Virus record (IMG/VR): IMGVR_UViG_2671180460_000013
From: a virus
Taxonomy: Duplodnaviria; Heunggongvirae; Uroviricota; Caudoviricetes
Direction: 5' to 3' (one strand)
DNA: 26,013 nucleotides
Positions within the stretch are counted from its first letter, which is position 1; each line of letters begins with the position of its first letter. Below, one piece after another: positions 1 to 8,406 of the stretch. The notes under the pieces are model-generated. The model worked only from the letters and a program-made list of their open reading frames with translations, searched no databases and was not told where the DNA came from. A program made the position numbers and the translations under genes.

Positions 1-381
1 TTATGAGTTCTGGAATTCTTCTGCCCGTCTTTCCAGTTCAGCCATGAAAGAAGTTTTGGCTTTTTCGTGAGCATCTGGGGCCATGATGCTGATGATTTGT
101 ATATTGTCATAATCCATCCAGTGCCTTGTATAAACCAGATAGATATTTGAAGTTCTGTCTATTTGGGCTTTGCTTTTCTTCCATGGTGGTTCTGACGGTA
201 GTCTTATGTGTAATTTATATACAAACGAACCACATAATCTTGCGTTATCTTCCCACTGCCCTTCATTGCCGAATCTGTCAGGGAGAACACCGGTATTTAA
301 CCAGTTTTCCAGAGCCTTTCCGTAAACTTTTGCAATGTCCTGGTATTCAACATCTTTATGAATGCTTACTTTGCTTGCCAT
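1..381 (-). CDS. hypothetical protein (126 aa), distal gene of a two-gene cargo operon; faint RelE/ParE-like C-terminal pattern, function unassigned
   Basis: ORF track 1..381. ATG at 379-381 overlaps the TGA of the upstream gene (TGATG), stop TAA at 1-3. Sampled lines are AT-richer than the structural genes. Confidence 0.5.
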   Translation of the reverse strand: MASKVSIHKDVEYQDIAKVYGKALENWLNTGVLPDRFGNEGQWEDNARLCGSFVYKLHIRLPSEPPWKKSKAQIDRTSNIYLVYTRHWMDYDNIQIISIMAPDAHEKAKTSFMAELERRAEEFQNS

Positions 382-1007
382 CAGGAAAACTCCGGTGCCG
401 GGAGTCCCATGTTTTTATGCTCGGCAATAATCATTGCTTTCACATTTCCGTCAGACAGCGTATTGCCCAGGCTGGTTGTTTTGTCTGGTGCGGTGCTTCG
501 TTTGATGGTGTTGATGGCATCACGAGCGATAAACTCCCCCTGCGCAATTGCCCGACCAAAACGAACCAGTTTATTGCGATAGGCGATTCTTTGCTCCAGG
601 CTATCCGGATACATTTTTGCCAGGTTATCCGGATCCATTACAATTTTGACAGCCTCTTTAACACGGGTGTGCTGCTTAATTGACTCTTCGCATATTTTTA
701 TGATTTTTGCGGTTTTGTCAGTAAATAGTGCTCCCTTACCTCTGTTCTGTCGTTCTTCAATGACTGCATTGAGCGCGGCACGCATGTTGTCATTCAGCCC
801 GTTGATATATTCAATAGCTTCTTCGAGAGGCAGAAACACCTGACCATCATGATGCTCAAATGTAAGCATTGAAACCACTCTGGCGTGTGTCGCGGATTCA
901 ATAACTGTTGTTGGTAGTATCGTGCTTTTAGCTGGCACCGGAGCCAGTGATGCTGTCAGAGCTGTAGTAATAGCAGCAATGGCAGCAGACTTTGATTTTC
1001 GTTTCAT
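381..1007 (-). CDS. exported protein of unknown function (Sec-type signal peptide), about 208 aa
   Basis: ORF 381..1019. Internal ATG at 1005-1007 is preceded by GGAG. N-terminus MKRKSKS followed by hydrophobic AAIAAITTALTASLA and a VPA cleavage-like site. Confidence 0.55.
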   Translation of the reverse strand: MKRKSKSAAIAAITTALTASLAPVPAKSTILPTTVIESATHARVVSMLTFEHHDGQVFLPLEEAIEYINGLNDNMRAALNAVIEERQNRGKGALFTDKTAKIIKICEESIKQHTRVKEAVKIVMDPDNLAKMYPDSLEQRIAYRNKLVRFGRAIAQGEFIARDAINTIKRSTAPDKTTSLGNTLSDGNVKAMIIAEHKNMGLPAPEFS

Positions 1008-1544
1008 AATGCACTCCACAGGTTGATGTGTTCAGCATATCGCAAATAGCAGCTTGTATAAAGAAACGCCACATCAGCAGCGATCGTTTTACGCGCTTTT
1101 CTTCTTGTTGCGATCCTTTTTTCAGTTTTATTTTGGAGCTTAATTTTGTGCGGGCCGCGCCGTGTCTGCCTTCTTTGTTTGATGGTTGTTTGACGCGATC
1201 CTTTCGTGATCGTTTTTTTGTCTCGCGTAAAGTATGAAAACTCTTTTAATATCATGCGGTTTTATTGCTCCGGCCATTTGTGCGATCGTAAAAACCACTT
1301 TGAAAACTGCAAAAAATTTCAAAGCGTGAAATTTCAGATCTTCGCTTTTCCCTCAGTTGCTGCGCGGGCTGGCGGTCATTTTTGCACGGCAGAAAACTGA
1401 AAAAGTGTTTCGACACAAAACCCGCGGGTTGGAGGGGGTAGCGCGGTTTACGTTACCTCACGCTTTACGTCACGCCGTTTGCGCGGTGTGCGCATACAGC
1501 GCCAGAATGGCATGCAGAACGATTAATCAGGTGGCAGATATGAA

Positions 1545-1568
1545 AACGCACGGCCGGGACCGTGCGTT
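1545..1568 (-). terminator. candidate intrinsic terminator hairpin downstream of the tail operon
   Basis: 9-bp inverted repeat AACGCACGG / CCGTGCGTT with a 6-nt loop, followed on the minus-strand transcript by UUCAU. Lies about 40 nt after the stop of the 1607..3304 gene. Confidence 0.4.
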
Positions 1569-1606
1569 GCGTGATGGGGCGTTTATGTGGCTTTTATGTC
1601 TGGTGT

Positions 1607-3304
1607 TCAGGCGATAATGTCGCCGTATTTTTCGCGCAGGCTCGTCGCCTGCAGGGCATCTGCGGCAAGTTCGCTGCTGTTCATTGGTGTGCCAGTGTTG
1701 CTATGGGTGTGGTTTGCTGTATGTGTGGCCAGTAATTGAATCAGATCCAGAATATCGATCAGCAACGTCAGCAGGTTAAGCCCTGACTTTTCCCGCGAGC
1801 CGCCGCGACCAATAAATACTGTCGGAGCGGTAAACTCCAGACCGCCGTCCGCTCTGCATGTTCTGCGGCCTCCCACGTTTTCGGTGAGGTCATGCTCAAT
1901 GGTGGATATCGCCCCTTTGAGTTGAGTCAGCAAATCCTGCGCTACCATCTGGATATGCTCACCGGCTGCGATCGCATAATTGCCGGTAGTAAGGTGTTCT
2001 GTCTGGCCTGTCATCAGTTTGCTGGTACCAAGAACACTGGTTATGTCGTTTGCCTGGACTGTTGTTGTTCTGGTTGTTGTTGTGCGTTCTTCCTGATCGC
2101 TGTTAATGGTTCGCCTGGCTGAATGCTCCCTGATTTGCTGGTCGGTTTCTCTGTGCCAGCTTCCGTCAGTCGTGACGCGCTGAAACACTTCTGCGCGCTG
2201 TTGCTGCAGCTGTTCGCCGGGCTTTACATCAGGCAGGTTATGGCCTGCGGGTAAGATTTGCCTGATGACAGGTTTATCCGGTCGTCCTTCAATGTTGGAT
2301 ATTTCCACGATGGTGCCAGCCGGCGGGTAGGCAAAACATCCCGCCTCGCTACCAGCCATCGGGACGGGGAGTGGTACTGCCGGATAAACAGGCGTATCGC
2401 TTTTATCGTTGCCGTTCTCATCAAGCAGTTGCACATCGACGGCGTAGCGTGGGCGGAAACTGTCGGCAACATCGCCCAGGGTGACGGATTCCGTTGGGGC
2501 AATGACGCGCGCCAGCCTGGTATGTAGAGTACCGCTGGCCAGTTCCGGGAACTGTGTTTCCATCTGTCTGCGTAATGGTGATTTGGAAACAGGGCTACCC
2601 GTGGTGGTAAGGCGTTCCCATGTCAGGGTCATTTTCTCGTTGTTGAGGGCTACACGGGTAATGCGCCCGGCTGGAAGGTTCACGCCCGGTCGCACAGTTT
2701 CCATAAACATGATGTCGATGCTGTTTCCGCCGCTTTGCCCGAGTGTGTACTGTTGCGGAATATCCGGCATGGTAATACTGGCAAACCGTGAGTCCGATGC
2801 GCTTCCCACAAATACGGAACCGTCCGGCATTGGATGCCAGACGTAATCGCTGATACTGAATGCTCGCCCCAGCTGGCTAAGCAGTTGTGTTCCGCTGCCG
2901 CTGTGGGTGATGTAAGGTGTCGGAGTACCGACGTAATCCGCGTCTGGCGTGATGAAAACGATGCCGCTTTGTTTACCCAGACTATCGAGTACATCCCGTA
3001 ACGTTGGATGTTGCATGGAGCAGGGGAAATCAAAATCCAGCACGGCAGCTGCTTCACGGATAAAAAGGCGGCGTGAGCCATTTTCGGCGGGTTGATCGCG
3101 TTCAATGTAGCCGGAGAAATAGCGCCATGCCTCACCATTACGGCCGAGATCAATTTGTATCATTGCGCCGGCAAGACTTTTTTTGGGTGGCAGATTATTA
3201 ACAGAAATGAAGCCACGACCGGCAGCATTCAGGGTAAGAACAAGGCTGATATCGGCAATTTCCGCCAGCTCGCCATTAATCATACAGCGTTGGATTAATT
3301 TCAT
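1607..3304 (-). CDS. baseplate central spike protein (gpV / gp5-like OB-fold and His-rich tip) with a ~300-aa N-terminal extension, possibly a hub-spike fusion
   Basis: 565 aa. Motif AGTIVEISNIEGRPDKPVI resembles the OB-fold signature of P2 gpV / VgrG. C-terminal THTANHTHSNTG resembles the HxH metal-binding apex of spike proteins. ATGA overlap with the upstream gene; AGGAGG RBS. Confidence 0.5.
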   Translation of the reverse strand: MKLIQRCMINGELAEIADISLVLTLNAAGRGFISVNNLPPKKSLAGAMIQIDLGRNGEAWRYFSGYIERDQPAENGSRRLFIREAAAVLDFDFPCSMQHPTLRDVLDSLGKQSGIVFITPDADYVGTPTPYITHSGSGTQLLSQLGRAFSISDYVWHPMPDGSVFVGSASDSRFASITMPDIPQQYTLGQSGGNSIDIMFMETVRPGVNLPAGRITRVALNNEKMTLTWERLTTTGSPVSKSPLRRQMETQFPELASGTLHTRLARVIAPTESVTLGDVADSFRPRYAVDVQLLDENGNDKSDTPVYPAVPLPVPMAGSEAGCFAYPPAGTIVEISNIEGRPDKPVIRQILPAGHNLPDVKPGEQLQQQRAEVFQRVTTDGSWHRETDQQIREHSARRTINSDQEERTTTTRTTTVQANDITSVLGTSKLMTGQTEHLTTGNYAIAAGEHIQMVAQDLLTQLKGAISTIEHDLTENVGGRRTCRADGGLEFTAPTVFIGRGGSREKSGLNLLTLLIDILDLIQLLATHTANHTHSNTGTPMNSSELAADALQATSLREKYGDIIA

Positions 3305-3876
3305 GTTTTCCCTTCCTCCTTCACGCTCCCGATGCCAATCCAGTCCAGCCCGGAGCCAATACCATCATTGATATTTTTCCAGAAAGTCTCCTGGGTATTC
3401 ATTCCTTTATCTGGTGCCTGCTCACTGCCGTTCTGTGTCTGCTGCTTTGCGATTGTTTTCTGTGAGCCACTGCGTGCCGATGCTTTTTCCGGCACGCTTA
3501 ATTTTTCCCTGAGGGTAAAGGTGACCTGCCAGTGCATCTTGCCCTGTTGTTCCGTGGCATCGATGCCGCCCGAAAAAACACCCTGTCGCATATTAATCGC
3601 CTTAGCAGTAGCGTTGGCGATGCGGTATGTTTTTTTGGCTCCGTTACTTTCTGTTGCCTCCGCAAGCTGAAAAATACGGGTCAAAATAGCTTCATCGTTA
3701 AAATCAATAACCCCCGACACGCGCAGCTCTTTGGCCTTGTTTCCCTGCTGGGCGCTCGTGGTGCTGGTTGATTGTCCGGACATATCTTTGTCCGGTAGTT
3801 GCATGGTGGCGCTGACGGTGATGTTGCGCAGCAGAATGGCTTCCCCGTCAAGCGCAAGGACAATCATCTGGGTCAT
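3301..3876 (-). CDS. hypothetical tail/baseplate-associated protein (191 aa)
   Basis: ORF with ATG at 3874-3876; its stop overlaps the start of the spike gene (ATGA). Sits inside the tail operon; no recognisable motif. Confidence 0.4.
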   Translation of the reverse strand: MTQMIVLALDGEAILLRNITVSATMQLPDKDMSGQSTSTTSAQQGNKAKELRVSGVIDFNDEAILTRIFQLAEATESNGAKKTYRIANATAKAINMRQGVFSGGIDATEQQGKMHWQVTFTLREKLSVPEKASARSGSQKTIAKQQTQNGSEQAPDKGMNTQETFWKNINDGIGSGLDWIGIGSVKEEGKT

Positions 3877-4570
3877 GTAGTGCTTCCCTTAGTGATGAGA
3901 GATTATCGCCGACGAACAGCATCACAGCTGTAAAAACCCACTCGGGGTGTGGGATGTTTTTTTGTATCAGCACTGCGGCCTGGCTAAGGGCTCCCTTGTA
4001 GCAAAAGCGCCACACCGGGCAAAATTTTTGCCGGAGTGCTGCCTGCTGATCAGCGATTTCCTGTAGTGCTTTATCTCTCGCATTCATGAACTGACGCAAC
4101 GATGATGACAATGTTTCCGGTGATGTGACGGCAGGAGTGGCTGCCTGTGCAATGGTTGCTGCCAGTGACATGCTGCGAGTGGTCTGTGTCGATAGCATTA
4201 TCGGTTCCGGAAGTGATGTTAGCGGTCTGGCGGGGATTTGCATTCTGCTGATGGCCAGTGAAAGCTGGCTGGAGATCATGCGGGACATTCGTCCCACCTC
4301 TGGCAACGGAAATGCGCCTGAAAATTGCCTGGCGAGTGATAGAAACTCGTCGGCAGACGGGGCGCAAAATAACAGCGCCACAACGTCTTTTTCTGTGTTT
4401 TCTGTCAGATAAGGTAAAAGCGCGGATACAGCATTATCCGGGCTGAGGTAACGCCCTGATGGTGTAATGTTTCCCGTATTTTCTGACCATGGGTGGAGGC
4501 AAACCATTGAACAGGTAATAGCTATGGGGGCTGGTCGCAAAACAGAGCGTATCCATGTTGAATTGTTCAT
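3848..4570 (-). CDS. hypothetical protein (240 aa), Ser/Thr/Ala-rich with a Cys-containing C-terminus; possible accessory or chaperone of tail fiber 2
   Basis: ATG at 4568-4570 with AGGAAG RBS, 24 nt after the fiber-2 stop. Lacks the conserved C-terminal motif of classical tail fiber assembly proteins. Confidence 0.4.
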   Translation of the reverse strand: MNNSTWIRSVLRPAPIAITCSMVCLHPWSENTGNITPSGRYLSPDNAVSALLPYLTENTEKDVVALLFCAPSADEFLSLARQFSGAFPLPEVGRMSRMISSQLSLAISRMQIPARPLTSLPEPIMLSTQTTRSMSLAATIAQAATPAVTSPETLSSSLRQFMNARDKALQEIADQQAALRQKFCPVWRFCYKGALSQAAVLIQKNIPHPEWVFTAVMLFVGDNLSSLREALHDPDDCPCA

Positions 4571-4594
4571 TTGTTCTTCCTGTGTGTCCGGATA

Positions 4595-6151
4595 TTACCC
4601 CATTCCGTTCTGGCGTAATGTTGTTCCCGCAAATATTTTTGCCACCACAACACAGGGAAGGGGGCCATTTTCTGCGCTGGCTGTCTCCTCCAGTGTCGAT
4701 GTATCCAGTGCATAGTAAGGTGTGTCTGGCATCACCACCCGTATTCTTACTGTTATTGTGCTCGCGGTAGCCGAAACAGAACCGACAAAATACTGAGCAG
4801 GAATGTATTTCCGGTTCTGATTCATGTAGAGATAACGTGGTTCGAGCAGAGCAGAAACAACGATACCCACTCCCCCAACAGAGGATTTCCTGACAGGATT
4901 AGATACATCCAGTTCCATAGCATAAATACGTGAACCATCCGGTAGGCTTTTAAATGAATCCAGGTTGCTGTTCAGGGTACTTGCAGCCACCTTTGGAATG
5001 ACCGGATGAGTGCCATCAACAAATAAGTCTCCGGATTGTTGTCTGGACAGTAAATTGGTCGGCGCAGAAGAAATTGCGGGGTCCTCTGATGAATGGATGT
5101 CAAGAGATTCTATCTGTTTGCGAACAAAGGCCACACTGGCAATTTCATTATCTGCTGCATCATCCGGCGGTGTTGGTATAGTCGGCTTTCCTGTGAATTC
5201 CGGGCTTTCCAGAGGAGCCCTTGTTTCAATAAGTTCCCTGAGTGCAACCTCGTTTACTTTCAGGTTTTCCCAGCCAGTCAGCCAGCCATTACCAGTGGAC
5301 CAGTAACGGTTGTAATAAATATTGCCATTAATGCCGTAGAAAATAATGGCCTTTGCTGTATGTGACGGAAGTGGTGGGTTCTGGTTCGCCTCCAGCCAGC
5401 GGATACTTATCACCCCCCGAAAAACAATGCCGGGAAGTACACCGTTTGCCCCATCCACATAATATTCTCCTGGTTCCACATATCTTATCCATGCCAGAAA
5501 ATCAGCATCAGAGTTAAACCTGACGGCCTCTCCCGGAATAAAAATATGCCCAAAACCAAATGCGCCTGGTGTCGCCAGACGACCTTCAGAACGGTCACGG
5601 ATACCATTCTGAGGTTCCATTGTGGCCGCTTTTTTTAGCCCGAGATTATCGCGTGATTCCTGTTGTGCCTCTTCGCCCTCATCAGCAATTTCTGACAGGC
5701 GATTAGGTGCTTTCAGTGCTGTTTTCAGTTCCGGAGTGATATCCACCTGCCAGCTCTGCGGAGGGGCTGTGACTTGTGCAGACTGAGCAATGCCGCTGTA
5801 TATAATCGTGAAATTACGAATAAGTGATTCGCCTGTTACTTTTTGTCGAACAGGCGTTTTTATTACGCCGCACAATGTTCTGCTGGCCTGATGGATGAGG
5901 CAAATCCAGTCATAACTGAATGCGGAGTCATCGGGAACAACGGCACTACACACAATATTGTTCTGACTTAACTGCCCATAGGTCAGTTCATTAACAATAT
6001 ATGTGATTTTTTCTTCCGGGATGGCATCATCTTCGCGCGTCGGCTCCCGCTCCATCAGGGCAAAAATAATGGCATCAGGGCGTGCAGGTAAATTACTGGC
6101 TGTGCATTCAGCAACCCACTTTTCAAATGCTTTCGTTAACAGTGCGCTCAT
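4595..6151 (-). CDS. tail fiber protein 2 (518 aa)
   Basis: N-terminal ~150 aa alignable by eye to the N-terminus of fiber 1 (PARPD, YxW motifs). Contains the fiber motif SPEFTGKPTIPTPP...EIASVAFV. C-terminal half is unrelated to fiber 1. AT-richer than neighbours. Confidence 0.7.
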   Translation of the reverse strand: MSALLTKAFEKWVAECTASNLPARPDAIIFALMEREPTREDDAIPEEKITYIVNELTYGQLSQNNIVCSAVVPDDSAFSYDWICLIHQASRTLCGVIKTPVRQKVTGESLIRNFTIIYSGIAQSAQVTAPPQSWQVDITPELKTALKAPNRLSEIADEGEEAQQESRDNLGLKKAATMEPQNGIRDRSEGRLATPGAFGFGHIFIPGEAVRFNSDADFLAWIRYVEPGEYYVDGANGVLPGIVFRGVISIRWLEANQNPPLPSHTAKAIIFYGINGNIYYNRYWSTGNGWLTGWENLKVNEVALRELIETRAPLESPEFTGKPTIPTPPDDAADNEIASVAFVRKQIESLDIHSSEDPAISSAPTNLLSRQQSGDLFVDGTHPVIPKVAASTLNSNLDSFKSLPDGSRIYAMELDVSNPVRKSSVGGVGIVVSALLEPRYLYMNQNRKYIPAQYFVGSVSATASTITVRIRVVMPDTPYYALDTSTLEETASAENGPLPCVVVAKIFAGTTLRQNGMG

Positions 6152-6157
6152 TACTTC

Positions 6158-6694
6158 TTAATTCTCGCTAATATTCTGCGGTAATTCTGGCCATACAATT
6201 GCGGCATACGATGATTTATCTGTAACCTGACTGAATGTCATCTCTCGTAACGTTTTTGTATAAATACGCCAGACTTTCAGCTTTTCCTTGTCTTCATCGC
6301 TGATTAACCCCAGCAGCAAGTCTGTCTTTTTATCGGATATTTCCCGTTCAGCAATCTCTATAAAACGCGCACGCTCCGACTCCGCCCGCTGTCTGTAGTC
6401 AACAGGAACAGGAAGAACTGCGCCATCTTTATAATACCAACGTGCTTCAATACAAAAACCTTCGGGTAATTCATCCGCTTCCACAATGGTAAAACCTGCC
6501 GGATAAAGCCGGGATACGTCTTCCGCCATTGAATAAATAACGCCGGTTTCAGGATGCGTGCACAGCTTGTACTTCTTCGTGAATTTATCCAGTGATTCAT
6601 AAAAATCCTGCCCGTCTTCACTACGGAAATACTGAATGCCTTCACCATAAGGCATATCTTCAGGGTAGTAACGCGTAACATTTCTGAGCTCCAT
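6158..6694 (-). CDS. tail fiber assembly protein (P2 gpG / Tfa-like)
   Basis: Start moved to the internal ATG at 6692-6694, preceded by AAGGAG. KDGAV motif and C-terminal WPELPQ resemble P2 gpG as recalled. Immediately downstream of fiber 1. Confidence 0.8.
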   Translation of the reverse strand: MELRNVTRYYPEDMPYGEGIQYFRSEDGQDFYESLDKFTKKYKLCTHPETGVIYSMAEDVSRLYPAGFTIVEADELPEGFCIEARWYYKDGAVLPVPVDYRQRAESERARFIEIAEREISDKKTDLLLGLISDEDKEKLKVWRIYTKTLREMTFSQVTDKSSYAAIVWPELPQNISEN

Positions 6695-6708
6695 TGTTTT
6701 CTCCTTAA

Positions 6709-8406
6709 TTAACCTGACACAGAACGCCATGCGCCATTTATATAAATCTGAGCCTGTTTGTAATACACGCCACCGATATTATCCGCAGAGTTGCTCCCGG
6801 TATCCTGAACCAGAATACCGGACAGGGTGCAGCCAGACGGTGCGCGGAACGTCCAGCTGTGTTCGTTCCCTCCCGGGTTGTAAAACACCTCACTGGTGTA
6901 CTGAAAATTCTGCACGCCTCCTGTTCTGGTCTGGTAGCGTTCATCGAAATTGCCATAATCAGTTGGTGTTACCCGCCCTGAAACATTCACTTCCCGGTTA
7001 CTTTGTAACGCGCCATTCTGAAAACGGAATATGTGCTGACCATTGGCATAAACATCCAGCAGGCCGTCACCATTCTGTTTCAGGCCGGTATCGTTATCCC
7101 CGAAAGCAATTGAGTTACCGCCCAGCGCGTTCTGAACGCCGATACCAAGTGCACCATTGACCTGCGAACCACCGCCAACAGACACTTTATGCGACATGGA
7201 TATTTCACCCGTCCGCAGATTAATAGTGAACGGTCGAAGTGGACCAATATCGCCATTCTCGCCCTGACCTTCACTGGTAGGGATAAGGTGCAGGCACTCT
7301 TCCGAACGACGAAAAATCAGACCAAAGGCTTCGTCGAAAATTCGCAGCGCATTAATACCACGGATTTTCAGCTCCCCGGTCATGGTATCGCCGTCGCGCT
7401 CAACAGCGCCTTTTGCCTTATCCATTACGATTTTTACTGCCTTTGATGTGGCGGCACGGTCTTCTGCGTCACTGTCGGTGTCATTACTGTACTGCGCAAA
7501 ACCCTTTTCGTTCAGTGTGGCATCCGGATGTCTGCGGGATTTTTCGTGTTCTGCCAGCGCATTGCTTTGTTCCTCGTCGGGTGTTTCCGGGCGCAGATCC
7601 TGTGGGCCGTCTCCTGTCATTTTTGCAAGTGGCGCGACAAAGTGTCGGAAGCCGTTATCGTCTGTATAGGACGCATGTTCCTGGCGGGCGCAGAACGTAA
7701 AAACGGTATTCCATTCGCCGGTAACAAATCCCTGCCAGCTTGCATCAATCCAGAGGGTATCCCCGACCGCAGCCGGCAGGCTGTAAGGTTCGCGCAGACT
7801 GACGCGCAGACCTCCCACATAACCCACGCCGGCGGCAACAGTAGCGGTACCGTCCTGATAGCTGACCTGAAAACCATCCCCCAGAAAAGCGGCTTCACCG
7901 TAGTGATCAAACGCCAGCAGCCGGCGGGCCTCATCCATTCCTGCAAGGCGTGCAGTGAAATCAATCTGCCAGACATCAGCGCTGACATCGATATGCATTG
8001 CTGCGGCTGCGCCGTCAAACTCCATGGAAAATGTGCGGATCAGGTTGTTTCCCTGCACGCCGTTCGCTGTTTTAATTTTTTGCTGACGAGGTGTGTGTGC
8101 AATCATGCAGAGCACGCCGCTTTCTTCGTTCAGCAGACCGATCCAGTTGTATTCGAAGTCGCCGACTGTCGTGTCCAGAATGATGGAAAACGCGGTCGCG
8201 TTCGGCGACAGGAGGCCGTACTGGGTGACCGGCGCACGATACTGAATCATGGATTCATCAGGGAGTATCTCATCGCGGGGGATCTCTGCGGATTCATCCT
8301 GTCCCGGAATATATGCAAAAACAAATGTATCCGGTCGCGCAGGTTTTCCACTGATGATCTGATTTGCGCACCAGTGTTCGTATTGTTCAGTAATAATCGT
8401 GCTCAT
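6709..8406 (-). CDS. tail fiber protein 1 (P2 gpH-like)
   Basis: 565 aa. AEHEKSRRHPDATLNEKGF, GDNDTGLKQNGDGLLDVYANGQHIFRFQNG and C-terminal YINGAWRSV match recalled P2 gpH blocks. ATGA overlap with the upstream gpI-like gene. Confidence 0.85.
   Translation of the reverse strand: MSTIITEQYEHWCANQIISGKPARPDTFVFAYIPGQDESAEIPRDEILPDESMIQYRAPVTQYGLLSPNATAFSIILDTTVGDFEYNWIGLLNEESGVLCMIAHTPRQQKIKTANGVQGNNLIRTFSMEFDGAAAAMHIDVSADVWQIDFTARLAGMDEARRLLAFDHYGEAAFLGDGFQVSYQDGTATVAAGVGYVGGLRVSLREPYSLPAAVGDTLWIDASWQGFVTGEWNTVFTFCARQEHASYTDDNGFRHFVAPLAKMTGDGPQDLRPETPDEEQSNALAEHEKSRRHPDATLNEKGFAQYSNDTDSDAEDRAATSKAVKIVMDKAKGAVERDGDTMTGELKIRGINALRIFDEAFGLIFRRSEECLHLIPTSEGQGENGDIGPLRPFTINLRTGEISMSHKVSVGGGSQVNGALGIGVQNALGGNSIAFGDNDTGLKQNGDGLLDVYANGQHIFRFQNGALQSNREVNVSGRVTPTDYGNFDERYQTRTGGVQNFQYTSEVFYNPGGNEHSWTFRAPSGCTLSGILVQDTGSNSADNIGGVYYKQAQIYINGAWRSVSG

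Noticed and set aside
1004-1322. Small basic ORFs (83 aa and 60 aa, minus strand) in the long spacer
   Set aside because: No RBS; they overlap the start region of the exported-protein gene; Lys/Arg-rich translations expected from AT-rich noncoding DNA. Kept only as part of the spacer finding.
4595-8406. Possible diversity-generating retroelement acting on the tail fibers
   Set aside because: No reverse transcriptase motif (YxDD) in any ORF of the window and no obvious template/variable repeat pair near the fiber 3' ends.
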